Notes: generated by a model from the sequence alone, not told the origin. A DNA stretch of 63,030 nucleotides from a virus (IMGVR_UViG_3300012667_000266:1-63030), one strand, 5' to 3'. Counted from the first letter of the stretch, positions 18,270 to 27,879 are shown. Program-made: numbers and translations.

Positions 18270-18581
18270 ATGATTTCAAATGATAAACAAATCGGTATGA
18301 AGTTCGACGCAGGCAAGCTCGACTACACGCTCGTCCCTTGGGATGGGTTGGAAGAGATCGTCAAGGTCTTGGCCTTCGGCGCTCAGAAGTATGACCGTGA
18401 CAACTGGCGCAAGGTTGAGTTCGCGCAGACACGCTACCTCGCTGCTGCCTTCCGACACTTGGCCGCATACAACATGGGCGAGAAGACTGACTCAGAGACA
18501 GACATCTCTCACCTCGCACACGCAGGCTGCTGCATCTTGTTCTTACTAGCATTGGAGAAACGCAATGGCAGCAACACCTGA
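18270..18581 (+). CDS. dATP/dGTP diphosphohydrolase-like (DUF5664) protein
   Basis: GMKFDAGKLDYTLVP...VLAFGAQKYDRDNWRK...RH...GEKTDSETDISHLAHA. Confidence 0.85.
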   Translation: MISNDKQIGMKFDAGKLDYTLVPWDGLEEIVKVLAFGAQKYDRDNWRKVEFAQTRYLAAAFRHLAAYNMGEKTDSETDISHLAHAGCCILFLLALEKRNGSNT

Positions 18582-18618
18582 AACGTGGTAAAATTTTAAC
18601 TCCCACAAAGGAGTTGAC

Positions 18619-19095
18619 ATGACACCAGAACAGTACGAAGCATGGATGGCTACCCGTTACAAACACGGAGGCTATCTAGGCGGAAAAGAAAAGGCCGAGC
18701 ACTACGTGTGGCGCACAATGATGAATCGTTGCGGTAACCCCAATGACGCAGCGTATAAATACTACGGAGCTAAAGGCATCAAGGTATGTAAACGCTGGCA
18801 CAAGTATGAAAACTTCTTGGCCGACATGGGGGAGCGACCCTCAGCAGACTACAGCATTGAACGCAACAACGTGGCAGGGGACTACAAGCCTAGCAACTGT
18901 CGTTGGGCTACACGCAGTGAACAACAGAAGAACAAAACAACAACACGCTTATACACAGACGGAAAGTTTGTTGGTACGTTGGTTGAGTGCGCAGCAAAGA
19001 TCGGTATCGGTAAAGAGCTTGCACACTGGCGTATGAAAAACTGGAAAACATTTATAAAGGAATCATCATGGCGAGAACTCCAGAAGGCGCGGTAA
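18619..19095 (+). CDS. HNH homing-type endonuclease
   Basis: WRTMMNRC...YGAKGIKVCKRW...FLADMGERP...SIERNNVAGDYKPSNCRWAT. Confidence 0.85.
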   Translation: MTPEQYEAWMATRYKHGGYLGGKEKAEHYVWRTMMNRCGNPNDAAYKYYGAKGIKVCKRWHKYENFLADMGERPSADYSIERNNVAGDYKPSNCRWATRSEQQKNKTTTRLYTDGKFVGTLVECAAKIGIGKELAHWRMKNWKTFIKESSWRELQKAR

Positions 19096-19373
19096 AAGAA
19101 AAGCTACGCAAGTATCTGTCGCAGTTGGGCATCTACCACTTCATGCCAGCAGCTAACGGCTTTGGCCGTGCAGGTATCCCAGACATCATCGGCTGCTTCA
19201 ACGGGCAGTTCGTGGCGTTCGAGTGCAAGGCAGGCAAGGGCAAGACAACAGCGCTGCAAGAGCGAGAGATCGCTGCCATCCAAGGCGCTAAGGGTTGGGC
19301 ATTCGTCATCAACGAAGCCAACGTGGACAACATCGAAGAGCTGCTGCGTTTAGAGAAAGGGAAACAAGTATGA
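19068..19373 (+). CDS. VRR-NUC domain nuclease (resolvase-like)
   Basis: TPEGAVK...GIPDIIGC...FECKAGKGKTTALQ. Confidence 0.85.
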   Translation: MARTPEGAVKEKLRKYLSQLGIYHFMPAANGFGRAGIPDIIGCFNGQFVAFECKAGKGKTTALQEREIAAIQGAKGWAFVINEANVDNIEELLRLEKGKQV

Positions 19374-20332
19374 AACTACCAAGCCACAAAGCGGGGCTGT
19401 ACTTAACGCACAACCAACACAAAGACTACTACGAAACCGTGGAAGAGCACGTACAAGAGTACCCCGGTTTTGATGACGACAACTTCGTATCGAAAGAAGA
19501 CTACCAAAAGTGCATCGACACAGATTCGCTTTGGGAGTTGCAGTGGTATCCAGACACCCCCATTGGTTCCTACAAAGTGTGCGGGTCCACACTGGAGATT
19601 GTGCTGCAACGGGCCGCCGAGATCGACAAAGAGTTACAGGAGAGAAACAAATGCGAGACACGCTAGGTCAAACAAAAGAAGCACTGGAGTTCATGGTCAA
19701 GATCGACCAGCTAACAAAGGAGCAGCGCAACCACATGCGCGTCATCATCGAGGCGTTGATTGACTGCTGCCTTGAAGACGATACGCGTGCCGTAGTTGTA
19801 GTAGGAAAGGACAGTGACGACTACGCCGCTGTGCTAACCGTTAATAGCACGGACATAGAGACATCCGTCTTGCTGTCCAAAGTAGACCAAGCGTTCATGT
19901 TGAAACACATGAGAGACCAACCACCCAAGGAGCAGATGAATTGAACATAGAAGATGTAGAGGCAGCGATACGGGCGTTAGTTTCCGATGACACGGTGCAA
20001 GTAAAGCCGACACAACTGCTTGTGCCGCGCACCATGTTCACACTAGCGAGACGCATCGTGTTCCCGCACCACATACTCAAGCGCCGTAAGGGTGCACGAG
20101 GTAGAGCACTAACACTTAAATGGAGAAGAAAATGATGGACACATCAGAACTAGCACGGTCCTTAGACCACACAACTGTCGAAGGCTTGGCGGAGGCAATC
20201 ATGATTGCAATCGCTGGTCTGAAAGATAGAGAAGGCAAATACGTTCGTGTGCAAATTGGAAACAACTTCGAGGACCACATCGAGTTCTCAATACAAGTGG
20301 CAGAGACCCTGCTCGGAAAGCAAAGAACATGA
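19370..20332 (+). CDS. Four small hypothetical genes (19370-19666, 19651-19944, 19941-20135, 20132-20332)
   Basis: Coupled + ORFs leading into the polymerase gene. Confidence 0.6.
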
Positions 20333-22344
20333 GCGCACCATTTAAACAAATCGTAACGATCGACTTCGAGACCTACTGGGACACGAAGATCGGATTCACC
20401 CTAACCAAGATGACAACTGAGGAGTACATACGTGACCCAAGATTCAAAGCATTCGGAGCCTGCATCCACATCTACGGAACCAACGGCATCACACAGTGGT
20501 ACAGAGGCAACGAACTGGCGCGGATACTTGCTACTTTCGATTGGAGTACTACTGCTGTTCTCGCTCATAACGCTCAGTTTGACGTATCCATCCTTAGCTG
20601 GGTCTACGGAGTTCGGCCTTGTTTTATCCTTGACAGTCTTTCTATGGCTCGTGCTCTTAGAGGGGTCGAAGTCGGCAACTCCCTTGCCCGTCTCGCAGAA
20701 GACTTCGGGCTACCAGCGAAGGGCACGGCCGTGCATACCACGAACGGGCTCACGGATCTCACGCCGGAGATTGAAAAAGAACTTGCGGAGTACTGCCAGC
20801 ACGACGTGTATCTGTGCGAAGAAATCTTCAAGCGTCTTGTTGATGGCTACCCGTCTAAGGAACTACGCCTTATCGACATGACCCTGAAGATGTACACGAA
20901 CCCAGTGTTGCAGCTTGACGCCCTCATGCTAGGCAACGCCATTGAAACAGAAAAGGAAAACCGTGAAGCCCTTCTTAAAAAGCTCGACGTGGAAGAAAGT
21001 GATCTTGCATCGAACCCAAAGTTCGCGAAGATTCTCGAAGCTCTTGGAACTCCTGCGCCGTATAAGACGAGCAAGACCACTGGCAAGCCAGCTCTTGCGC
21101 TCGCAAAGAGTGATGCGCACTTCCAGCAACTACTCAACGGCGAGAACGAAGACGTTGCCCTACTTTGTGAGGCACGCCTTAAAGTTAAATCGACGACTGA
21201 ACGAACACGAGCGCAACGCTTTCTTGACATCTCCCGTCGCGGCACGCTACCTGTCCCCTTGTCGTACTACGGTGCGCAAACTGGGCGCTGGACTGCGTCC
21301 AAAGGCAGCGCCATCAACATGCAAAACCTCAAGCGAGGTTCGTTCCTACGCAAAGCGATTATGGCTCCCCAAGGACACCAGCTCGTCGTTGGCGACCTTT
21401 CGCAGATTGAACCGCGAGTGCTTGCGTGGTTGGCGGATTACCAAGATATGCTCTCGATCTTCCGTGCGGGTGGTGACCCTTACGCCGCGTTCGGTGCGCA
21501 AATGTTTAACATACCCGGCCTTAATAAAAACACTCACCCCGACCTTCGGCAGTCTGCGAAGAGCGCGCTCCTTGGTTGCGGGTATGGCCTTGGTTGGGCC
21601 TCGTTTGCTGCGCAACTCTTGGTGGGTTTCCTTGGGGCACCGCCTCAGCGCTATGACAAAGACTTCGCGAAGAAGCTCGGCGTTGACAAGGAGTACATCG
21701 ACCGCTTCACGGACTACGAGGACAACGTCAAGAAGATGATGGACATCCCGCACATCTGCACGACCAAGGAGTTGTTGATTCACTGCGTGGCAGCCAAGAA
21801 GATCATCGACATCTACCGCTCAACAGCGTACCCAGTTGTTGGTTTTTGGGAAATGTGTTCAGGTTTGTTGGTGTCCGCCCTTGCAGGTGGCAAGGAATTC
21901 AGGTATAAATGTCTCACATTTAAAAAGGGTGAGATTGTTCTGCCAAACGGCATGAGCCTTCTATACCCGAACCTACGACAAGAAGCTGAGAAAGATGCTG
22001 CGGGGAAACCCATCAAGGACAAGCAAGGCAAGACCAAGATGAACTGGGTCTACGGTGAGGAAGGCAAGCTGCCTACCAAACTGTACGCTGGGAAGATAAC
22101 GAACAACGTGACGCAAGCTGTGGCTCGCATCGTGATGACTGACGGCATGTTGCGGGTAGCAAAGAAGTACCCCATCGTGGGAACAGTGCATGATGAATTG
22201 ATTGCAGTGGTGCCTGACGCAGAGGTAGAGAGTGCTAAGACTTGGGTCTTGGCGCAGATGACTATGGAGCCAAGCTATTTGCAAGGTGTTCCATTGGATG
22301 CTGACGGTGGTGCACATCGTCGCTATGGGTTAGCGAAGAACTGA
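20329..22344 (+). CDS. DNA polymerase, family A, with 3'-5' exonuclease
   Basis: DFETY, HNAQFD, YCQHD; motif A DLSQIEPR, motif B RQSAKSALLGCGYG, motif C VHDE. Confidence 0.95.
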   Translation: MSAPFKQIVTIDFETYWDTKIGFTLTKMTTEEYIRDPRFKAFGACIHIYGTNGITQWYRGNELARILATFDWSTTAVLAHNAQFDVSILSWVYGVRPCFILDSLSMARALRGVEVGNSLARLAEDFGLPAKGTAVHTTNGLTDLTPEIEKELAEYCQHDVYLCEEIFKRLVDGYPSKELRLIDMTLKMYTNPVLQLDALMLGNAIETEKENREALLKKLDVEESDLASNPKFAKILEALGTPAPYKTSKTTGKPALALAKSDAHFQQLLNGENEDVALLCEARLKVKSTTERTRAQRFLDISRRGTLPVPLSYYGAQTGRWTASKGSAINMQNLKRGSFLRKAIMAPQGHQLVVGDLSQIEPRVLAWLADYQDMLSIFRAGGDPYAAFGAQMFNIPGLNKNTHPDLRQSAKSALLGCGYGLGWASFAAQLLVGFLGAPPQRYDKDFAKKLGVDKEYIDRFTDYEDNVKKMMDIPHICTTKELLIHCVAAKKIIDIYRSTAYPVVGFWEMCSGLLVSALAGGKEFRYKCLTFKKGEIVLPNGMSLLYPNLRQEAEKDAAGKPIKDKQGKTKMNWVYGEEGKLPTKLYAGKITNNVTQAVARIVMTDGMLRVAKKYPIVGTVHDELIAVVPDAEVESAKTWVLAQMTMEPSYLQGVPLDADGGAHRRYGLAKN

Positions 22345-22354
22345 CGGAGGTTCT

Positions 22355-22570
22355 ATGGCCAGATACACAACGTGCAAAGACATGGACCGTGTAGTTGGTG
22401 CGCTGGTGAAAGACGGATGGATGCTCACAAAGAATGGGCATGGCCGTCTCACCCACCCAAGCGGCAAGTACATCACGTTCAGCGTGACGCCAAGCGACAA
22501 GTACGCGTTCAAGCAACTAGAGCGAGACGTGAAGAGATTGTTACAACAACTGGAGAAGCAAGATGGATAA
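22355..22570 (+). CDS. HicA-like (dsRBD-fold) protein
   Basis: ALVKDGWMLTKNGHGRLTHPSGKYITFSVTPSD pattern. Confidence 0.55.
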   Translation: MARYTTCKDMDRVVGALVKDGWMLTKNGHGRLTHPSGKYITFSVTPSDKYAFKQLERDVKRLLQQLEKQDG

Positions 22571-22745
22571 TTTTTATGAAGAGGTTGAAGTCGTATTCAC
22601 CGCCAAGGTGGTGCGCTTGAAAGACAGCAACAGCAACTGGGTCGGCGACCTGTACGGGCAACTGGACTACCTGCTGCGCAGTGACAAGCACATGCTAGTC
22701 GGCTGGTCACAGATAGACATAAACGAAAAAGGAGAAAGCAAATGA
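22563..22745 (+). CDS. Hypothetical protein
   Basis: 60 aa, SD GGAG. Confidence 0.55.
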   Translation: MDNFYEEVEVVFTAKVVRLKDSNSNWVGDLYGQLDYLLRSDKHMLVGWSQIDINEKGESK

Positions 22746-23041
22746 ACATACCTAAGAAGATCAAAGTCGGTGACAAGTGGTACAGCGTTGACGTGGTTGA
22801 GTCCATGCAGCGCAAAGGTACTATGGGGCACATCAACTACGACGCCAAGACCATAGAGGTCGGACGCAAAAGTACATCAGGGCGTGCGTACAAAGAGTGC
22901 GACATTCGCGATTCGTTCTGGCATGAGTTGGTTCACGCCATACTCAAGGACATGGGGCATGAGCGCCTCAACAGGAACGAACAGTTCGTCACACGGTTTG
23001 CCAACCGCCTTTCATCAGCAATAGATTCAGCGAAGTTCTAA
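22742..23041 (+). CDS. Small zincin-like metallopeptidase
   Basis: FWHELVHAIL (HExxH) with a downstream NE. Confidence 0.7.
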   Translation: MNIPKKIKVGDKWYSVDVVESMQRKGTMGHINYDAKTIEVGRKSTSGRAYKECDIRDSFWHELVHAILKDMGHERLNRNEQFVTRFANRLSSAIDSAKF

Positions 23042-23042
23042 C

Positions 23043-23231
23043 ATGACAGAAGATGACATCAAAGAAGTGGTTAGCAACATGAGCTACGAAGCGTTGCTGT
23101 ATGGAACATCCATCATGTCGGTGCAGTTAGAAAACCAGCAACTGGTGGCCAAAGTTATTCCTCGTGAAGACTGGGATGCTTTGGCAAGAGACTTAGTGAA
23201 CGCGCCCGAAGTAAAGAAAGAAAACCAATGA
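23043..23231 (+). CDS. Hypothetical protein
   Basis: 62 aa, coupled to neighbours. Confidence 0.5.
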   Translation: MTEDDIKEVVSNMSYEALLYGTSIMSVQLENQQLVAKVIPREDWDALARDLVNAPEVKKENQ

Positions 23232-23899
23232 CAACACACAAAGTAGTATGGAGCCACAGTGCTCTCAAAGATTACGAGAGCTGCGCTCTCAAGTACAAAG
23301 AGGTGCGTGTCCTGAAGAACTACAAGTTCACTGAGACACAAGCCACCAAGTACGGTACGTTGCTGCACGAAGCTGCGGAGTTCTACATCAAGGACGGCAC
23401 ACCACTACCGCAAGAGTTTGAGTTCATCAAAGAGACGCTCGATGCTTTGAACAAGAAGCCCGGCCGTAAGTTGTGCGAACACAAGATGGCGCTGACTACT
23501 GACCTTCAACCTTGCGGTTGGGTTGGTCCTGAAGTGTGGGTACGCGGTATCGCAGACTTGCTGATCTTAGATGACGACAACCTTACAGCATGGGTTGTTG
23601 ACTACAAGACGGGCAACAACAAGTACCCTGATCGTGAGCAGTTGAAACTCATGGCGCTCATGGTGTTCAAGCACTTCCCGCATATCAGAAAGGTCAACGC
23701 AGCGTTGCTGTTTGTGGTCAAGAATGATATGGTTAAGACCAGCATGACGGTTGACCAAGCCGATGCTGAATGGTGGCACTACCGTCAACGCATTGCTCGT
23801 ATCGAGCAGGCGCACGACACCGACGTGTGGAACGCCAAACCCTCCCCTCTATGCCCGTGGTGCCCAGTCACTACGTGCGTTCATCATCCCAAACACTAG
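23228..23899 (+). CDS. PD-(D/E)xK / Cas4-like exonuclease
   Basis: WSHSAL..C, GTLLH, RGIADL, VVDYKTG, CPWCP...C. Confidence 0.9.
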   Translation: MTTHKVVWSHSALKDYESCALKYKEVRVLKNYKFTETQATKYGTLLHEAAEFYIKDGTPLPQEFEFIKETLDALNKKPGRKLCEHKMALTTDLQPCGWVGPEVWVRGIADLLILDDDNLTAWVVDYKTGNNKYPDREQLKLMALMVFKHFPHIRKVNAALLFVVKNDMVKTSMTVDQADAEWWHYRQRIARIEQAHDTDVWNAKPSPLCPWCPVTTCVHHPKH

Positions 23900-23907
23900 G
23901 ATAAATC

Positions 23908-24144
23908 ATGGCTACTAAACCACGCGACTACAAAAAAGAATACACCGAATACCAAGGCAAGCCCGAGCAGATCGCCAATCGTGCAGAGCGTGTGAAAGCA
24001 CGACGCATTATGGAGAAGACGGGCGCTGCTAAGAAGGGTGACGGCAAAGACGTTGACCACATCAAGCCGTTGAAGAGCGGCGGCACATCAGCCAAGAGCA
24101 ACCTACGTATGCGAAGCAAGTCAGCTAATCGCGGCGACAAATAA
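23908..24144 (+). CDS. Small HNH-motif protein
   Basis: GDGKDVDHIKPLKSGG...SNLR...N. Confidence 0.75.
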   Translation: MATKPRDYKKEYTEYQGKPEQIANRAERVKARRIMEKTGAAKKGDGKDVDHIKPLKSGGTSAKSNLRMRSKSANRGDK

Positions 24145-24161
24145 AAATAACGGAGAAGTAA

Positions 24162-25724
24162 ATGGAAATCGTGGAAGACAAAGCGCTCATGTTTAGAACG
24201 CGCAATCCACACAAGTACAGCATCATCCCCAAGCACAAGATCGTCAGCGATGACGGCAAAGGCGGTTTTGAAATCGCAGTGTATTGGGGTCTCGATGAAG
24301 TACGGGTGTTGAAAAACTTAGGCGTCAAAGACGTACCCTCGCCGATTACTCGGCGCTATAACTGGCCCGGCAAATACAAACCTATGGCGCATCAGATCGA
24401 GACGGCAGCGTTCTTGACTATGCACCGCAAAGCGTTCGTGTTCTCCGAGCCGGGCACGGGCAAGACACTCTCTGCTCTGTGGGCTGCCGACTACCTAATG
24501 CAGCGCGGCGAAGTCAAGCGTTGTTTGATTCTGTGTCCTCTCTCCATCATGCACAGCGCGTGGCTCGGGGACTTGAACAACAGCATCATCCATCGCTCTG
24601 CCGTTGTCGCGCACCATGCGCAGGCTAGTCGCCGCATCGAGATGGTTCAACAAGACTACGACTTTGTCATCGCAAACTACGACGGGTTGAACTTGATCGC
24701 CAGTGAGATTGCAAACGATGGCCGCTTCGACTTAGTGATCGTGGACGAGGCCAACGCATACAAGACCATGACGACCAAGCGTTGGAAAGCGCTGAAGTCT
24801 ATCGTCGGTCCGAACACCCACCTGTGGATGATGACGGGTACACCAGCATCGCAGTCACCTGCCGATGCGTATGGCTTGGCCAAGCTGGTCAACCCCGACG
24901 GTGTGCCGAAGTTCTTTACAGCGTGGCGTGATGCAGTGATGAACAAGATCACGATGTTCAAGTGGGCACCCAAACCCAACGCACCTGAGTTGGTACACGA
25001 GGCGTTGCAACCAGCGATTCGTTACACCAAGGAACAGTGCTTGGACTTACCGCCCGTCATCACGATGACCCGCGAGGTTCCGCTGACACCACAGCAGGCC
25101 AAGTACTACAACCTGTTGAAAGACCAAATGCTGGTGCAGGCAGCAGGAGAAACCATCACAGCGGTCAACGCTGCGGCTGGCGTATCCAAGTTGTTGCAGA
25201 TCAGTTGTGGCGCTGCCTACACAGACGACCGCGAAGTAGTTGAGTTCGACTCAGCACCACGCTTGCATGTGTTGGAGGAAATCTTGGAAGAGACGAACCG
25301 CAAGGTACTGATCTTCGCTCTGTTCCGCAGCACCATCGACACAGTCGAGCAACACCTCAAGAAGAAGGGCATCGGCGTTGAGTGCATCCACGGCGGTATC
25401 ACGGCAAGCAAACGCGCTGACACCATCCGACGCTTTCAAAACGAACCCGACACTCGCGTGTTGGTGATGCAGCCTCAAGCATCAGCGCATGGCATCACGT
25501 TGACTGCTGCCGATACGGTTGTTTTCTACGGTCCTTTGATGTCGGTTGAGCAGTACGTTCAGTGCATCGCACGCTCCGATCGCAAGGGTCAGGACTCCGA
25601 CAAGGTGACGGTCATCCACATCCAAGGTTCGCCCATCGAGAAGAAAATGTTTAAGGCATTGGAGGGCAAGGTAAGTGACCACTCACTACTGACACAAATG
25701 TTCGACACAGAAATAAATTCTTGA
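24162..25724 (+). CDS. SNF2-family helicase
   Basis: EPGTGKT, IVDEA, MTGTP, HGITLT, QCIARSDRKGQ. Confidence 0.93.
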   Translation: MEIVEDKALMFRTRNPHKYSIIPKHKIVSDDGKGGFEIAVYWGLDEVRVLKNLGVKDVPSPITRRYNWPGKYKPMAHQIETAAFLTMHRKAFVFSEPGTGKTLSALWAADYLMQRGEVKRCLILCPLSIMHSAWLGDLNNSIIHRSAVVAHHAQASRRIEMVQQDYDFVIANYDGLNLIASEIANDGRFDLVIVDEANAYKTMTTKRWKALKSIVGPNTHLWMMTGTPASQSPADAYGLAKLVNPDGVPKFFTAWRDAVMNKITMFKWAPKPNAPELVHEALQPAIRYTKEQCLDLPPVITMTREVPLTPQQAKYYNLLKDQMLVQAAGETITAVNAAAGVSKLLQISCGAAYTDDREVVEFDSAPRLHVLEEILEETNRKVLIFALFRSTIDTVEQHLKKKGIGVECIHGGITASKRADTIRRFQNEPDTRVLVMQPQASAHGITLTAADTVVFYGPLMSVEQYVQCIARSDRKGQDSDKVTVIHIQGSPIEKKMFKALEGKVSDHSLLTQMFDTEINS

Positions 25725-25730
25725 AAGGAG

Positions 25731-25774
25731 TTGCAACCCAGAGTTTTTTATGTACACTGTCCAACCTTAGACAA
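25731..25774 (+). promoter_or_regulatory. Sigma70-like promoter overlapped by operator copy 3
   Basis: TTGCAA-N16-TACACT (25731-25758) followed directly by CTGTCCAACCTTAGACAA (25757-25774). Confidence 0.6.
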
Positions 25775-25792
25775 AATAACAGGAGAAGCACA

Positions 25793-26197
25793 ATGTCTGA
25801 CGAAGTAGTACCCCTCGATAAACTTGCAAAGGTTTATCGCAAAATCAAAACACAGATCGACACCTTGACCCAAGAGTACGACACGCAAGTGGAAGCGCTC
25901 AAGGCACAGCAAGACCAGATCAAGTTCGCAATGAAGGACACGATGAAGACGCTTGGCGTCAGCACGGTCCGCACAGAATTCGGGACGGTTTCCTTGGTGA
26001 CCAAGACCCGCTACTCGACGCAAGACTGGGACTCGTTCAAGAAGTTTATTCTTGAGCACGAAGTCGTAGACCTGCTGGAGAAGCGTATCGCGCAAACCAA
26101 CATGGCAAACTTTCTCGAAGAGAACCCCGGTGTTCTACCACCGGGACTTAACGCGATGACTGAGTACGACATCTCAGTTCGCAAACCCACCAACTAA
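25793..26197 (+). CDS. Phage replication-module coiled-coil protein
   Basis: MSDEVVPLDKL...DWDSFKKFI...LLEKRI; SD AGGAG. Confidence 0.75.
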   Translation: MSDEVVPLDKLAKVYRKIKTQIDTLTQEYDTQVEALKAQQDQIKFAMKDTMKTLGVSTVRTEFGTVSLVTKTRYSTQDWDSFKKFILEHEVVDLLEKRIAQTNMANFLEENPGVLPPGLNAMTEYDISVRKPTN

Positions 26198-26216
26198 GCA
26201 CCTTTAAGGAATTGCT

Positions 26217-26441
26217 ATGACAAAGAAGACTAGCACCGCAGAGATTCTGGAGCCTACTCCTGAACAAGTCGAGGCACATTTCGCAGCACAGGAACAGGAC
26301 ACTGTACGTGCCGCACAGTGGGGACGTGAGTCCGCGCTTGAGAAAGCCCTCGCACACCACAAGATCAACGGCGGCATGTTGACGGTTGCACAACTGATCG
26401 ACAACGCAAAACAATTCCACGCTTACATCTCAGGAGAATAA
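26217..26441 (+). CDS. Hypothetical protein
   Basis: 74 aa, SD AAGGA. Confidence 0.6.
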   Translation: MTKKTSTAEILEPTPEQVEAHFAAQEQDTVRAAQWGRESALEKALAHHKINGGMLTVAQLIDNAKQFHAYISGE

Positions 26442-26443
26442 AC

Positions 26444-27400
26444 ATGAGCAACATCGCACTTTTCAGCCCAGCAAACGTCCCCGCCTTCGCACGTAACAAC
26501 GAACTGTCTGACACCGCCAAAGCCCTGACCGGTGGTGGCGTTAACAACAGCAAGCGTATCTCCATCAAGGGCGGCGTGTTCCGTCTCTTGGCCGGTGGTA
26601 AAGAGATTGCTACTGTGGACGAGCGCTTCTTGGACGTCATCATTGTGAAGGCTGCCCCCAAGGTCAGCCGCGTGTTCTACGCCAAGTCCTACGACAGCGA
26701 GAACGTGACCGGCCCAGATTGCTCAAGCAATGACGGCGAGCGTCCAGACGCACACATCAAGACACCACAGAACAGCGCTTGCCACAACTGCCCACAGAAC
26801 ATTGCTGGCTCAGGTACAGGTAACACACGCGCTTGCCGCTTCAACCAGCGTCTCGCAGTGGTCTTGGAGAACAACCCAGAAGGCGACGTCATGCAGTTGA
26901 CCCTGCCTGCTACGTCAGTTTTCGGTAAGGAAGAAGGCGACAAGCGTCCGTTGCAAGCCTACGCTCGCTACCTCGCAGTGCAGAACCCTCCGATCAACCC
27001 CGAGCAGATCGTCACTCGCATGAAGTTCGACACCAAGTCTGAGTCACCCAAGCTGCACTTCGCACCCACACGCTGGTTGACAGAAGACGAGTACGCGATT
27101 GTGAAGAACCAGTCCGAGAGCGAAGATGCCAAGCGTGCTATCCAGCAGAACGTGGCGCAGATCGACGGCGTGAAGCCTGCCGCTGCCCCCTTGAAGCTCG
27201 AAGGCAAGCCATTGGTTGAGACCGTTGAGGAAGACGAAGCGCCAGCACCCGCTCCTAAAGCGGCAAAGGCAAAAGCCAAGGCAGTCCCAGTGGAAGCTGA
27301 CGACGAGCCAGAAGTCCGCAAGGAACCTGCCAAAGTAAGCGCCGTGCCAGCAGGCAAAGGCAAACTGTCCGACATCGTGTCCGATTGGGACGACGAGTAA
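26444..27400 (+). CDS. Putative ssDNA-binding / annealing protein
   Basis: Located in the replication module; RISIKGGVF, Cys cluster, A/P/E-rich linker and acidic WDDE tail. Confidence 0.6.
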   Translation: MSNIALFSPANVPAFARNNELSDTAKALTGGGVNNSKRISIKGGVFRLLAGGKEIATVDERFLDVIIVKAAPKVSRVFYAKSYDSENVTGPDCSSNDGERPDAHIKTPQNSACHNCPQNIAGSGTGNTRACRFNQRLAVVLENNPEGDVMQLTLPATSVFGKEEGDKRPLQAYARYLAVQNPPINPEQIVTRMKFDTKSESPKLHFAPTRWLTEDEYAIVKNQSESEDAKRAIQQNVAQIDGVKPAAAPLKLEGKPLVETVEEDEAPAPAPKAAKAKAKAVPVEADDEPEVRKEPAKVSAVPAGKGKLSDIVSDWDDE

Positions 27401-27407
27401 TCAACGA

Positions 27408-27423
27408 GGGGGCTTCGGCCCCC
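27408..27423 (+). other. UUCG tetraloop hairpin without U tract
   Basis: GGGGGC-TTCG-GCCCCC just after the stop codon; identical 16-mer on the - strand at 62543-62558. Confidence 0.65.
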
Positions 27424-27433
27424 TTCAAAAACT

Positions 27434-27712
27434 ATGGCCTACTCACAAAAAATCATTGACCTCGTGAAGTCGTCGCCGAAGACGCCGGGCAATCAGCTTG
27501 GGCGTTGGGCGGTTCACTTGGATTTCCCCGTAACCAAGATCGCGTATGCGTTGGGCGTAACCCGCCAGACCGTGTACAACTGGTTCGAGGGCAAGGACGT
27601 GTTCGTCGCGTATCAAAACCGCGTCGATCTACTGGTAAAAATAATGTCCACGTCAAATACGGCGGACGAAGCATGGAGAAAAATATGTCGGGAATACAAC
27701 CTAGAAGCCTGA
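27434..27712 (+). CDS. Cro/XRE-like HTH protein
   Basis: PVTKIAYALGVTRQTVYNWFEG. Confidence 0.85.
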   Translation: MAYSQKIIDLVKSSPKTPGNQLGRWAVHLDFPVTKIAYALGVTRQTVYNWFEGKDVFVAYQNRVDLLVKIMSTSNTADEAWRKICREYNLEA

Positions 27713-27879
27713 GCAACCGTGAGCTGATTACGTATGCCCTCTCAGAGATGCACAACGAAGACGGTATGCCCCTGTCCTACCAGATAGAACTTCTGCGCCG
27801 TTTCAACTTGCTTGCAGAACTGGACGACGCACCCGCCGAAGACCCTGCACAGCTCGAACTCTTTCCCGAAACAAAATAA
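27685..27879 (+). CDS. Hypothetical protein
   Basis: SD GGAG, MSGIQPRSLSNRELI...QLELF. Confidence 0.65.
   Translation: MSGIQPRSLSNRELITYALSEMHNEDGMPLSYQIELLRRFNLLAELDDAPAEDPAQLELFPETK

Noticed and set aside
23228-23899. Cas4 as part of a CRISPR-Cas system
   Set aside because: It is a stand-alone phage PD-(D/E)xK nuclease in the replication module, with no other cas genes or array.
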